64,000 nucleotides of DNA from an uncultured bacterium (GTDB lineage: Bacteria; Chloroflexota; UBA5177; JANWHV01): assembly GCA_963827235.1 (NCBI GenBank), contig CAWHAE010000011.1, forward strand, positions 63,414-127,413. Reading direction: 5' to 3'. Numbering within the stretch: position 1 is the first letter of the stretch; each line of letters opens with the position of its first letter. Positions 10,210-22,515 of the stretch are shown piece after piece. The notes below the pieces were generated by a model. It saw only the letters and a program-made list of their open reading frames with translations, did no database searches and had not been told where the DNA came from. Made by a program: the position numbers and the translations under genes.

Positions 10210-10977
10210 TCAGCCGCCGTGCGCCTTGCGCGTGCGTTCCTTCAGTTCGCGCAGCACGCGCAGCTCCTCGGCCGTTGGCGGCGGCGTTTCGCCGACCCGG
10301 GCCGCATACTTGAGCGGCCAGCCGCAGTTGGCCTGCAGTTGTTCGCGCGCCACGCCCCGATGGATCGAAACCACTGTCATTTCACGCGTTTCGGCGTCCG
10401 GCTCGAGCACGCACAGGTCGGTGATCAGGCGCGTCGGCCCCTTGGTCTTCAGGCCCAGGCGCTGGCGGTGATCGCCGCCGGTGCCATGACCCAGCGAGGT
10501 GATGAAGTCGAGGCTCGCGACATAAGATCGCACGCCCATGGCCATGGTGATGAACACCTCGCCGCATTGGCTGGCGATTTCCGGTGCGCCGCCGCCGCCG
10601 GGCAGGCGCACCTTCGGCTTCGCGTAATCACCCACCACCGTCGTGTTGAGATTTGCGAAGCGGTCGATCTGGGCGCCGCCGAGGAAGCCCACGGTGATGC
10701 GCCCGCCCTGCAGCCAGTAGCGGAACATCTCGGGGACCGAGACAGTGTTGAGCGCGGTGTCGCACAGCTCGCCGTCGCCGATCGACAGCGGCAGCACCGC
10801 AGGCCTGGTGCCGATCGTGCCCGACTCGTAGATCAGCGTGATATCCGGCGCGTGCGTGAGGCGCGCCAGGTTGCAGGCCGCCGACGGCGCGCCGATGCCG
10901 ACAAAGCAGACGTCGTCGTTGCGCAGCGCGCGCGCGGCCACCACGGTCATCATCTCGTTCCCGGAATAGGGGCTCAT
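10210..10977 (-). CDS. pcaJ: 3-oxoadipate CoA-transferase subunit B (CatJ/GctB type)
   Basis: CFVGIGAPS, LIYESGTIG, FLGGAQIDRFANLNTT and RLPGGGGAPEIA. Confidence 0.88.
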   Translation of the reverse strand: MSPYSGNEMMTVVAARALRNDDVCFVGIGAPSAACNLARLTHAPDITLIYESGTIGTRPAVLPLSIGDGELCDTALNTVSVPEMFRYWLQGGRITVGFLGGAQIDRFANLNTTVVGDYAKPKVRLPGGGGAPEIASQCGEVFITMAMGVRSYVASLDFITSLGHGTGGDHRQRLGLKTKGPTRLITDLCVLEPDAETREMTVVSIHRGVAREQLQANCGWPLKYAARVGETPPPTAEELRVLRELKERTRKAHGG

Positions 10978-11805
10978 GCCCCTGCCCCCTGCTGCGCGAG
11001 CACGTTGGCCTTCATCCAGGCCAGAAAGCTGTCGCGCTCGCGCGCGATCTTGTCCCAGGCGATGTAGAAGCCGTTGTCACGCTGGTAATAACCGTGCGCA
11101 TAAGATGGATGCGCCCCGCGCGGCGCAATGACAATGGCGGTGATCGTCCACGAAGGCAGGATCACGGCATTGAAGGATCGGGGCCCCAGATCCTCGACGA
11201 TCTCCTCGACCGTGACGATCGAGCGCTTCGCGGCCAGCACCGCCTGCTTCTGCACGCCGACGATGCCCTCGAGCAGCACGTTGCCCTGGGCGTCAGCCTT
11301 CTGCGCGTGGATCACTGCCACGTCGGGGCGGATCGCCGGCACCGCGGCCAGCACCTCGCCGGTGAACGGGCAGGTCACGCTGCGGATCAGCGGATTGACC
11401 TTCGGCAGGTCGGCGCCGACGTAGCCGCGCAGCATCGCGAACGGCAGGTTGGCGGCGCCGGCAGTCATAGGCATTGGCCATCGCCGCATGCGAATGCTCG
11501 ACGAGCGCCAGCGGATTGGGCCAGCCGTTCTCGACGGCATCGCGTAGCCGGTGCAAGCTGCCCACGCCGGGATTGCCGCCCCAGGAGAACACCAGCCGTT
11601 CGGCGCAGCCCATGCCAATCAACTGGTCGTAGATCAGGTCGGGGGTCATGCGGTACAGCGTCAGGCGCTTGCGCGCCCTGGCGGATCACCTCGTGGCCCG
11701 CGGCGAACGGGATCAGGTGTGTGAAGCCCTCGAAGGCGACGCTGTCCCCGTCATGGATGCACTCTTCGACTGCCGCGGCGAGCGATAGCACCCTGGCCCG
11801 ATTGC

Positions 11806-11809
<4 letters not shown>
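10974..11809 (-). CDS. pcaI: 3-oxoadipate CoA-transferase subunit A; frameshifts near 11670 and 11465
   Basis: EGFTHLIPFAAGHE, MTPDLIYDQLIG, FSWGGNPGVGSLHRLRDA, CPFTGE and HPSYAHGYYQRDN. Confidence 0.88.
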
Positions 11810-13023
<1,214 letters not shown>

Positions 13024-13290
13024 GGTGATCCTGTGTGCCCCAGGCGTGGACCGGTATTAATAACTCGCCGATAATAAATGAAATTTGGCCCCGGCGGCAG
13101 GTGCGGCGGCGGGCGACGAGTTCTATGCGGTCTCCTCGGGCCTCAGGCGCATCTCCGCCGTCGGTTGCAAGGAAATCGCCAAACCGCTGCGCTTCGAGCA
13201 GTTCACGGGGTTAACGTCCGACAACGTGTACGCCAGCGCCGGGGGGGCCGGTGCACTGCGAGGCGCACCGGCCTTCTTCATGGCGCGGGC

Positions 13291-14275
13291 TTAAGCAGTG
13301 GGCAGCTCGGTGCCGAAGACGCGCTGGTAGAGCTCGGCGACCGTGGCGCGCTCGGCCTCGTCGCACTTGTTGAGGAACGAGAGCGCGAAGGCGCGCTCCA
13401 TGGGCTGGAACAGCTGCGCGTTCTCGGCCCAGTGGATCACCGTGCGTGGCGACATCACAGTCGAGAGTTCGCCGGCCATGAAGGCCGTGCGCGTGAGCCC
13501 CGCGAGCGCCACCAGGCGCGCCACGACCTCGCGCCCGGCTGGCGTATCGTAGGCGGGCACCCGCGCAAGCACGATCTGCTGCTCGGCCGCGGCGGGCAGG
13601 TAGTCGAGCGTGGTGACGATTTGCCAGCGGTCCATCTGCCCCTGGTTGATCGGCTGCGTGCCGTGATACATGCCGCTCGCGTCGCCGAGGCCGATCGTGT
13701 TGGCGGTCGCGAACAGCCGGAACGCCGGGTGCGGATCGAGCACGCGGCTCTGGTCGAGCAACGTGAGCTTGCCGTCGGCCTCCAGCACACGCTGCAGCAC
13801 GAACATCACGTCGGGCCGGCCGGCGTCGTATTCGTCGAGCACCAATGCGACGCAGCGCTGCAGCGCCCAGGGCAGGATGCCCTCGCGGAACTCGGTGACC
13901 TGCTGGCCCTCGCGCAGCGTGACGACATCCTTGCCGATCAGGTCAATGCGACTTACATGGCCGTCGAGGTTCACGCGCACGCATGGCCAGTTGAGGCGCG
14001 CGGCCACTTGCTCGATGTGGCTCGACTTGCCGGTGCCATGGTAGCCCTGGACCATAACGCGGCGGTTGTACATGAAGCCCGCGAGGATCGCGAGCGTGGT
14101 GTCGCTGATCGAAGCGGTAGGCCGGATCGACGGCCGGCACGTGATCGCTGCGCACGCTGAACGCCGGGCACACAAGGTCGCTGTCGACGCCGAAGGTCGC
14201 GCGCACCGAAGCGCTCGTGTCGGGCACCGAAGCAAGAAGCTCCGGCTCGGTGGGCGTGACGGGCCGGCGCGCCAT
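13291..14275 (-). CDS. cobS: CobS-like AAA+ ATPase; frameshift near 14107
   Basis: [11 protein letters not shown], Walker A GYHGTGKS, Walker [34 protein letters not shown] and [12 protein letters not shown]. Confidence 0.9.
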
Positions 14276-14644
14276 CAGCCCTCACCCACGCGAATCTCGC
14301 CGCCCGCGACCTCGATCGGCACGCGGTCGAGGCCCATGCCCTGGGCCGGCCCCTCGGTGCAGAAGCCGTCGTGCAGCCGGAAGACCGCGCAATGGTAGGC
14401 GCACATCACGCGTTCTCCGGGCAGCAGCAGGAACTTGTCAGGCTGGGAATTGAGCGGCAGCGAGAAATGCGGGCAGTTGTTCACCCAAGCACGCACCTGC
14501 GCACCCTGTCGCCAGACGCAGGACGCTGAAGGCGTTTTCGTCGTCGCCATACTTGACCTCGCGGCACGCGCCTTCGGGCACGGCATCGAGGCGACATAGC
14601 AGGCTGCCCGGCGCGGGCGCCAGTCGGTGGGAGTTCCAGGCCAC
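14275..14644 (-). CDS. Rieske [2Fe-2S] ferredoxin; frameshift near 14520
   Basis: NNCPHFSLPL and CAYHCAVFRLHDGFCTEGP. The stop abuts the cobS start codon. Confidence 0.85.
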
Positions 14645-14703
14645 GTGGGAGCGGAAGTCGACCCGGACTGGTGCCAGTGCGCTTAAGGGTAGCCTGCTCC
14701 CGC

Positions 14704-15714
14704 TCAGAACTCGACCGGGTAGGGCTTCAGCTTGCCCGACTCGTACATCTCGGGCAGGCCCGGGGAGGCGTTCTCCCAGACGAGCAGCATCGAGCGCTTC
14801 TTCGAGTAGCCCTGGTGGCGGATGTCGGCCGGCATGGCCGCCACGTCGCCGGGCTTCATCTTCACCTTGGCGCGCGGCGCGCCGGTGTGCTTGTCCTCGA
14901 TCTCCCACTCGATCTCGTCGGAGAGCTGCACGAACCATTCGACGCGATCGTTGCCGTGCTTGATCGGCAGGATGTATTCCTCGGTGGTCGGGCAGAAGAG
15001 GCTGCGGCCACAGACCGAGGAGACCGAGGGGTTCCACGTCACGTCGGAGCGCGACAGGTAGGCGAACAGGTTGATCGCATGCACCTCGCCCTCGAAGCCG
15101 GGCTCGGCCTTGATGACGGGAGCATCCTGCGCGACGTCGGCGAACGCGCGGTTAACCGGGTAGCCGTTGGCATCGCTGCGCAGCTCGGCGTCGCCCGGGA
15201 GGCCCGGCATGCGCTTGCAAGCCTGGCGCTCACGCTCAATCGCGACGATGTTGCTGCCGTTCTTGTGGCCCACCCACGCGGTGCCGGTTTCTTCAGGCGA
15301 GGCGAAGGGATCGAAGCCGGCGTTGGTCCAGTCGGCCATGATGGCCTTGAAGGTCGCCATGACCAGCGGCGTGTCGAAGGTCTCGACCCTGTCGAGGCCC
15401 TTGTCCTTGTAAGAGGGATGATAGGTGCCGCAGTACACCTCGACCCGGCCGTAGAGGTTGCGCGTGCCGACCACGGCGTCGAAGTTGACCCAGCCGTAGA
15501 AGAAGCCCCAGGCGACGTCGCGCATCATGGCGCGCAGGAAAGCGTCGGCGGAGACGATGTGGGTGAGTTGCTGGCCCTTGGCCTCCCACTTGACGCGTAC
15601 GAAATACTCGTCGCGCGAGAAGTTGAAGCCGCCGAGCGTGAAGCTGCGGTAACCAGTCTGGTTGCTGGCCGGCGAAGCCTGGACCGCTGGCTCCTGGACC
15701 GTCTGAGTGCTCAT
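14704..15714 (-). CDS. hapD: Hydroquinone 1,2-dioxygenase large subunit, copy 2
   Basis: Close paralog of 6268-7267. HGNDRVEWF and DIRHQGY metal-ligand motifs are intact. Confidence 0.93.
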   Translation of the reverse strand: MSTQTVQEPAVQASPASNQTGYRSFTLGGFNFSRDEYFVRVKWEAKGQQLTHIVSADAFLRAMMRDVAWGFFYGWVNFDAVVGTRNLYGRVEVYCGTYHPSYKDKGLDRVETFDTPLVMATFKAIMADWTNAGFDPFASPEETGTAWVGHKNGSNIVAIERERQACKRMPGLPGDAELRSDANGYPVNRAFADVAQDAPVIKAEPGFEGEVHAINLFAYLSRSDVTWNPSVSSVCGRSLFCPTTEEYILPIKHGNDRVEWFVQLSDEIEWEIEDKHTGAPRAKVKMKPGDVAAMPADIRHQGYSKKRSMLLVWENASPGLPEMYESGKLKPYPVEF

Positions 15715-15804
15715 GGCTATGCCCTCAATACTTTGAATGAGTCGCGAAGAAAAATGTGCAGCAGATTCAAGCGCTGGTGCCGCGAACGCGAATCACCTGC
15801 ATTT

Positions 15805-16314
15805 TCACTTGTAGCATATCTCGGCCCATTTCTGCACCGAGAGATCGCCCATGATCGTCTGCATCATGATGACGCCGGGCTTGCTCGGGCTGCGGAAGCG
15901 GTAGGCGGCGCCTTTAGGCAGCAGCACTTGGTGGCCGCGGCCAGCCTGCACCACGCCCATCTTCTTGCCCTGCGGTTCGCCCTTCACGAGCACGGCACCC
16001 TTCTTGTCGGGGGCCACGACGCTGTCGGGGGCATCGAGCTTGACCAGATCGACCTCGACGCAGCCATCCATGACGAGCGCGAATTCGTCATGCGCGGCCG
16101 CGTACCAGGGCGAGTTGCCCTCGGCGCGCAGCGTCTCGATCACGTATTCGAGGTTGATCGCGACCACGACTTTCTCGTACGGCTTCGATTTGGCCGCCAC
16201 GTCGAACATGTTCGAGAAGGCGTAGTGCATCGGCTTGTCGTTGACGATCTCGAGATCGCCTTTCGCGTAATCGGCCAGAGAGCCGAACACCGTCGTGTAT
16301 TGCTGCTTGCTCAT
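15805..16314 (-). CDS. hapC: Hydroquinone 1,2-dioxygenase small subunit, copy 2
   Basis: MSKQQYTTVFGSLADYAKGDLEIVND...; paralog of 7325-7831. Confidence 0.93.
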   Translation of the reverse strand: MSKQQYTTVFGSLADYAKGDLEIVNDKPMHYAFSNMFDVAAKSKPYEKVVVAINLEYVIETLRAEGNSPWYAAAHDEFALVMDGCVEVDLVKLDAPDSVVAPDKKGAVLVKGEPQGKKMGVVQAGRGHQVLLPKGAAYRFRSPSKPGVIMMQTIMGDLSVQKWAEICYK

Positions 16315-16694
16315 CGTCATCACCCCGCTAACGATCGCCTTGTAAGAAACGAAGTGCCAGGCAACCGGCCCTCCGGAAGCGTCGCGCAGCACCGCCCTCG
16401 AGACCCGGCGGTGTGCGTCGCAGCAATGGCCCTGTACCTCACCGTGCCCCTCCTCGGGAGCGTTGCCACATTAAGGCGCGAGTCCTTCCGCCCTAGGTGC
16501 GCTTCGCGGCGCGTGCGCTCGCGTCGCGGCAGGAACCTGGAACCTGGAACGGCTCGCGACAGATCACGTCGGGCACGGCACCACGGAATGGCGGCCGCCT
16601 CCCGATGGACGAACACTGGGATTGTAACTGAGGAGTCAGGAATCCGGAAGCGCTTGCCCCACCGTCGCGGTGGCGGCTCCCGGTGTGTGGGGCT

Positions 16695-17267
16695 TTACAG
16701 AACGAGGCGCACGATGTCGCGCACGTACTTGCGGTCGGAGGCCGCCGTGCTGCGCAGGCCACCCAGGTATACGTGCATGTAGCGCGCCTCGATGGCGCCG
16801 AGCATGGTATCGGCGGCCGCCAAGGCGGCCGCCGCAGGTACCGCCTTCGAGCGCGCCAGCCACTGCGTGAGCGCCGCGCGCAGCCGCAGCAGCATCGGAT
16901 CGGCCTTGCTCTTGCCGCGCACCTTGGTCGGCCGCTTCCGCACGCCGGCGGAAATAAGCATGAACAGCGCTGGAACCGCTATCGCAAAGTAGGAATTGAG
17001 GCCAGTGAGGATCGCCACCAGCTGCTCGTCAACCGGCGCTCTTTGGATCGGTCCACGTTGTAGCTGCATCAGCTCGGGCGGATCGTCCGGCCAGAGCGCC
17101 ATCATCAACAGCTTGTCTTTTGTGCGCACGCGGTGAAAGATCGATGCCGGGCTGACCTTCAGCCGCTTGGCGATCACGCCCACCGAAACCTGAGGGCCTT
17201 TCTCGAGGAAAACGCGGCGCGCGGTGGCAACCAGGTCCTCGTCGCTCACCTGCTTGGGTCTGGCCAT
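16695..17267 (-). CDS. TetR/AcrR-family transcriptional regulator
   Basis: MARPKQVSDEDLVATARRVFLEKG...IAKRLKVSPASIFHRVRTKDKLL. Confidence 0.85.
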   Translation of the reverse strand: MARPKQVSDEDLVATARRVFLEKGPQVSVGVIAKRLKVSPASIFHRVRTKDKLLMMALWPDDPPELMQLQRGPIQRAPVDEQLVAILTGLNSYFAIAVPALFMLISAGVRKRPTKVRGKSKADPMLLRLRAALTQWLARSKAVPAAAALAAADTMLGAIEARYMHVYLGGLRSTAASDRKYVRDIVRLVL

Positions 17268-17344
17268 AGCGGAAACCTTCCTTGAGTTAGTAAGTGGTGA
17301 TCAAGAATGGCACGAGCGACGCGCCGGGGCAAATCCGGCGACAG

Positions 17345-17531
17345 CGGGGAAATGGAGCAGCGTGATCGGCGATGCCAAGATGATGACGGCGTTGCTATGG
17401 CCGGCTAACCCGTCGCTGCGCCATCATCGAAACCGGCAATGACAGCTACCGATTCAAGAATAGAAAATAGCCCTGCACTCCTGGTAAATCTTGGACGCTG
17501 GTAGCTGGTCAAAGTTGGACGCCCGTTGACA
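17345..17531 (+). mobile_element. IS21-family remnant: decayed istB 3' end plus right terminal repeat
   Basis: Translates as GKWSSVIGDAKMMTALL / [22 protein letters not shown], similar to the istB C-terminus at 52799. The reverse complement of 17480-17531 (TGTCAACGGGCGTCCAACTTTGACCAGC...) matches 52637-52688. Confidence 0.85.
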
Positions 17532-17813
17532 CGCGATGGTTTTGGTGCACCTAGGCGGCATCGGGTAGGCTAGCGGGCCGGCTCTGCGCCAGGTGTCGGA
17601 TGTTGATGAAACCTATCGCCCAAGATCCGATCTACTGTAAACGTAGTTTCGACACCGACATCATCGAACTCTGCGATGGCGGTAGCGTTCTTGTTGCTAG
17701 CCAGTACTGGGCAACTTCGTACGCGCTGGATCGCGCGACGTGCGTAAATGGGGTTTGGCCGTGGTGGCCAAGCGAATAGCAGTAGTCGTTATCCTTTCCG
17801 GTGGTATTGAGTC

Positions 17814-18194
17814 ATGAAAATCTGGGGCGCGGCACTTGCATTGACGCTGCTGTTCACGATCGACGCCGTGGCTCACCACTCGGAAGCGGCTTTTGATCAA
17901 GACCAGATCATCACCGTGAGCGGTACGGTGAAGGAATACCTGTGGATCAATCCTCATGTTCTGATCTACCTCGAGATCAGCGATGCCCGCGGTCGATCCG
18001 ATGTGACCATCTTTCAGGGAGGTCCTCCCGTCGACATGAAGCGCGCAGGCTGGTCACGGGATTCCCTGAAGGCGGGTGACAGGTTAACGATCACCTATTA
18101 CCCGAGGCGCGACACGAAGCCGGGCGGGATGTTGGTCACTGCAACTCTGACAGATGGCAAGGTGCTGGGTTGGCGATCGGCGACCAAGTCGTGA
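17814..18194 (+). CDS. DUF6152-like periplasmic protein
   Basis: Signal peptide followed by AHHS, then WINPHV and LKAGDRLTI. Confidence 0.8.
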   Translation: MKIWGAALALTLLFTIDAVAHHSEAAFDQDQIITVSGTVKEYLWINPHVLIYLEISDARGRSDVTIFQGGPPVDMKRAGWSRDSLKAGDRLTITYYPRRDTKPGGMLVTATLTDGKVLGWRSATKS

Positions 18195-18246
18195 GCGCCG
18201 TGGCGACCATTCGGTGGCGTGCCTAATCGCCTTCTTGACGTACATC

Positions 18247-20408
18247 ATGTCCCGCATGTCATCCAGCCCTCGCCAACCTCTCGGCTCGTATCGCTCCTGT
18301 ATCGGGATTCTCGGGCTGATCACTGTGTTGAGCAGTTCACAGACGCTCGCACAGCGAGCCGATCAACCGTCCGCCGCGGAAATCATGGTAAGCCCATCGA
18401 CGGCGCCGAATGAAGTGGGCGTCGATGTCGAGGAAGTGGTCGTGACGGGCGAGCGGCGTGGCCTGATCGGCACTGCGACTACCGCCAGCGAGGGCGTTGT
18501 CGTCAACGACGAGCTTGCGCTCACGCCGGCGTACCGGCCGGGCCAGTTGCTCGAGACCGTCCCGGGGCTCGTGGTCACCTCCCATAGCGGCGAAGGCAAG
18601 GCCAATCAGTACCTGATGCGTGGCTTCAACCTCGACCACGGCACAAACCTCGGCGTCTATGTCGACGGTATGCCAATCAATGAGCCGACCAATGCGCACG
18701 GCCAGGGGTACACGGATCTGAATTTCATGATCCCGGAGCTTGCCACCAACATTCGATACACGAAGGGCACCTATTACGCCGCGGAAGGCGATTTTTCTTC
18801 CGTGGGCTCCGTCCACGTGAGTTACTTAGACACAATCGCGCCTGAGGTGACGGTCGCGGTAGGTACTCTGGGCTTATCAGCGCGGCTTCACGGCTGGATC
18901 CACGGCGCTCGGCGAGGGCGTGATGCTCGGGGCTCTGGAATTGCAGCACTACGACGGCCCCTGGGACAACCCGGACGGTCAAAGGAAGATCAATGCCGTG
19001 CTGCGGTACAGCGCGGGCGATGAGCGCGATGGCTATTCACTCAGCGGAATGTTCTATCACGGTGCGTGGAACGCCACGACCGACCAGCCACTGCGAGCAA
19101 TCAGCTCCGATCTGATCAGCCGCTACGGCTCGTTGGATCCGTCGGACGGAGGTCTGGCCCAACGCGCGAGCCTTTCCGGGCAGCTCTTCAGGCGGGCCGG
19201 CGAAGGCCAGCTCGCAGTCGATGCCTACGTGATCAGCAATCATATGACTCTGATCAATGACTTTACGCATTTCCTCGTGGACCCGGTCAATGGGGACCAA
19301 GAAGCGCAACATGAAGACCGCACGACGCTGGGTGGCGCCGTCAGCTACTCTCGTATGGACCGGCCGCTGGGGTTCAATACGGACTGGGTCGCCGGGGCGC
19401 AGCTGCGATTCGACGACGTGCGAGTATCGCGCCTGCCGACCAAGGACCGCCAGCCGCTGCCCGTGACTGATGATCCCCTGAGTTTCAGCGAATCCGACGA
19501 GGCTCAGCTCAGGGATATCGGCCTCTATGCTGCAAGCCACCACCCATTGGAATCAGTGGTTCCGAAGCGTGCTGGGTGTTCGTGAGGAGTTCTATGGTGG
19601 ACATGATGCCGGCACCAATGCGGGCGCCACCAGCGCATCCCTGTTCCAGCCCAAAGCCAGCCTGATCTTCACTCCGGTCGCCACAACCGAATTCTATTTC
19701 AGCGCCGGAAGGGGCTTTCACAGCGACGACATCCGCGGCGTGAACCAGGGAGCCATAGGTGGAACGGCGGTCGCGCCGCTCCTCGCCTCGCAGACCGGCG
19801 AAGAGGTTGGCCTTCGACAGCAGATCACGCGTCGGCTCACGGTCACGCTGGCTGCCTTCAATCTCGATGCGCAGTCGGAGGTGACCTATAATCCTGACGT
19901 GGGCCAGGACAACGCAGGGCCCTCGAGTCGGCGTCGCGGATTCGAGATTAACGCCACGCTTCAGGCCTTTCGCTGGCTAGAGTTCTACGGCAGTTACTCC
20001 GGAAACCATGCGCGCTTCAAGACACCATATGACGATGGTACCGGCCATGTGGGGACGTTTCTGGCGAACGCCCCTTTTGCTACCGGCTCCTTCGCCGCAT
20101 ACGTGAAGGATCTCGGCCCCTGGAGTGGGGGCCTGGAGTACCGCTATCTCAGCGCCTTTCCGCTGTCCGCTGACAACGCGATTCAGGGATCAGGATATGG
20201 CGAGTGGAACAGCAATCTCCGTTGCGCCTTTGCGAGCAGCTGGGGCCTCGCGCTCGGCCTCTACAACATCCTCAATACCCGCGCGAACGCGGCGGAGTTC
20301 TGGTACGTCGACAGGCTGCCGGGCGAACCGGCGGGGGGCGTCGCGGATCGTCATGTGCATCCGCTCGAGCCACGCACCATGCGCATCACGGTATCGAAGA
20401 ACTTCTGA
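18247..20408 (+). CDS. TonB-dependent receptor (Ni/Co-associated type); frameshifts near 18875 and 19530
   Basis: EEVVVTG, plug SHSGEGKANQYLMRGFNLDHGT, HGQGYTDLNF and C-terminal HVHPLEPRTMRITVSKNF. Confidence 0.85.
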
Positions 20409-20755
20409 TGGTGCACGCCCAACAGCGGAAGTGGCTGTGAGTTCGGCCTATCGGTGGCAACCTGCCGCCTTATTGCATCATCGTCAAGATTGAGCGAAAG
20501 TTCTTGCAGACGCGAGATCGTCCGCAGCCCTGTGCGGAGCGTGGATCGCGTATCACCGGTGATCGTATTTGTCGGTCTGAACCGTCAAGAACGTTGGGGT
20601 TCGGCCTGCCGGTCGCCCCCGACGACCCGGTTCCGGAAGCCCTTGGATTAGGCAACCCGCCTCAGACCTGGGCGGCTACGCACGCGTTAGCCGATCGACC
20701 GACTAGCAAGAGCACTCGTTGCGGTCGCGGCCCCACCATCCTTAACGGTTCCTGG

Positions 20756-20928
20756 GGAACTTGAACGACATTGGGGCGTCGGCCGACGCGTCTCGCAACC
20801 GCCTGGCGTCGGCCGGGAACGGCTTACCTCTGTCTCTCGCACATTCAATAGGTTGCAACTGCGCCGGCCAGCCTTGCCCCCATGGATCTCGATTGACGAC
20901 GACGCGCCCCCAATGTCGTTCAAGTTCC
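20756..20928. repeat. 173-bp element bounded by perfect 21-bp inverted repeats
   Basis: GGAACTTGAACGACATTGGGG (20756-20776) and CCCCAATGTCGTTCAAGTTCC (20908-20928). Confidence 0.85.
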
Positions 20929-21090
20929 TCACAATCACTGCTCTGTCTGAGCCGCAGGTTTCGAATCGGCGGATCCCTGCCCTGCGTATAAGCCGTGATG
21001 GCGTTGCGGAACTGGCAGTCTAGCCTCTGCATGGGGGCGCACCGCGATTTCTCGTGGCATGTCGACTCCCGCTAACGGAGGCATGTCGTC

Positions 21091-21489
21091 ATGAAAAGTT
21101 TCTTGATCGTCGCAGCGGCCGCTGTGGGTGCGTTCGCTGTAAGCAATCCGTCCGCAGCCGCAGATCCGGCCAAACTCCCGCAGGTACGAGTCGAAACATC
21201 CCGCATCGTCACAGCCGAAGCTGGCAAGACGTATACCGGACTGCCGATCAGCAACGTCTCGCTTAGCTACGAGGTGAATCTCGACGATCTCAACCTCGCG
21301 ACCGCGACGGGCGCCGCCACTGCGGAGAAACGTATCCAGACTGCCGCTGCGGCCGCCTGCGACGAGATTGAAAAGGCACATCCCAGTGCGTCGCCGTCGA
21401 ACGCCGAGTGCGCGAAGAAGGCCGCCGCCGGGCCGCTCACGAAGGTGCGGGCCGCCGTCGCCGCGGCACAGAAGACGACGTCCAAGTAG
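21091..21489 (+). CDS. UrcA-family secreted protein
   Basis: Signal peptide, VNLDDLNLATATGA...RIQTAAAAAC and a second Cys (ECAKKA). Confidence 0.75.
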   Translation: MKSFLIVAAAAVGAFAVSNPSAAADPAKLPQVRVETSRIVTAEAGKTYTGLPISNVSLSYEVNLDDLNLATATGAATAEKRIQTAAAAACDEIEKAHPSASPSNAECAKKAAAGPLTKVRAAVAAAQKTTSK

Positions 21490-22085
21490 CGGATCCCGGC
21501 CTACTGCGTGGCGCGTGTCCCTCGCGCTGGCGGCAACGGGCTCAGCAACCGGTCGCCGACGGCCGTACCGCCACGGATCAGAGTTGAGCCGCTGACGCAC
21601 GGCCGCGCGTCGGGCACGGCGCGTTGACCCACGCCCGGGCGCACCACTGTGCGACCGTGGCGCAGGCGGCGAAGCACGCCGCTGAGCCATCGGCCCGTGT
21701 TCGAGGTCGGCAGGTCCGGAAGCGCGCCGCGGGGCTCGGCCCGCGGCCGTCCGACACGCTCGAAAGGGACCGGCTCCGGAAGTGGTGATTGAATTGCGCC
21801 GAACCGTCAGCGTCGCGGAGCGGCCACGTTAGGAACTAGAGGCGCCTGCCAGAAATCGCGTGGTCGCCGATGGGCCTGTTGCGCGACATCACCGTCGCAA
21901 TTGATCGATCCGGTCGGGTACGACTGCACGCGGCCGTCAGGGGCTCGGCGGAGCAGCCGCGCTAGAATTTCTTGATCCTGCGGGCGAGCTGCATGAGTTC
22001 ACCCTCGCACGAGCAGCCACCGCTCGCTTTGTTGGTCTCGCTCATTGGTGGCAACTCGCCGTTAATTGCTTGATTGACACACACG

Positions 22086-22499
22086 TCAGTGCTTACCGGC
22101 ATCCAATGCCACGCCCCGGCGCTCGTAGGTGACATAGGCCTGCAGCGCAATCATTTTCGGGTCATCCGCGGCGAGCGCCTTGCCTTCGAGGGGGTTTCGC
22201 AGGCACCAGTTGATCATTTCCCAGAGTGGTACGACCCGACCAAGCTGCTTCTGGAACTTCGGATAGGTCTCCGGGTGCGTGTTCGCCGCATTAGGGTGGC
22301 ACCTCGCGCACGTCACGCCGTTGGCGCCGAGTTTGCCGTCGCTCCAGAGCGCGCGCCCCGCCTCCACAACGGTCATGAACTGCGCCTGCCAGCGCGTCAC
22401 ATCGTCCTGCGTGAACTCGTCCGCGGCTGCTGTTTGCGAGACCACTACCGTGCACAGCGTCAGGACAGCGATGCAGTGTCGGCAATTGCGTGTCGTCAT
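22086..22499 (-). CDS. Monohaem cytochrome c
   Basis: Signal peptide, CARCH, HPETYPKFQ and MINWC. Confidence 0.85.
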   Translation of the reverse strand: MTTRNCRHCIAVLTLCTVVVSQTAAADEFTQDDVTRWQAQFMTVVEAGRALWSDGKLGANGVTCARCHPNAANTHPETYPKFQKQLGRVVPLWEMINWCLRNPLEGKALAADDPKMIALQAYVTYERRGVALDAGKH

Positions 22500-22515
22500 C
22501 GCGCGTCTCCAGCGA

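Noticed and set aside
13085-13294. 69-aa + strand ORF between pcaF and cobS
   Set aside because: No RBS or recognisable family, and it overlaps the promoter region and a hairpin (about 13247-13272). At most a fragment.
14671-16782. 703-aa + strand ORF and similar long antisense ORFs (2285-3835, 8698-10047, 23393-24844, 53283-54827)
   Set aside because: Shadow frames opposite well-supported genes in high-GC DNA, with no recognisable motifs.
21962-22045. Short ORF MSETNKASGGCSCEG... after the cytochrome c, considered as a peptide substrate for the dihaem enzyme
   Set aside because: It resembles a truncated GFA-family N-terminus (GGCxC) and has no signal peptide or Trp, so support is insufficient.
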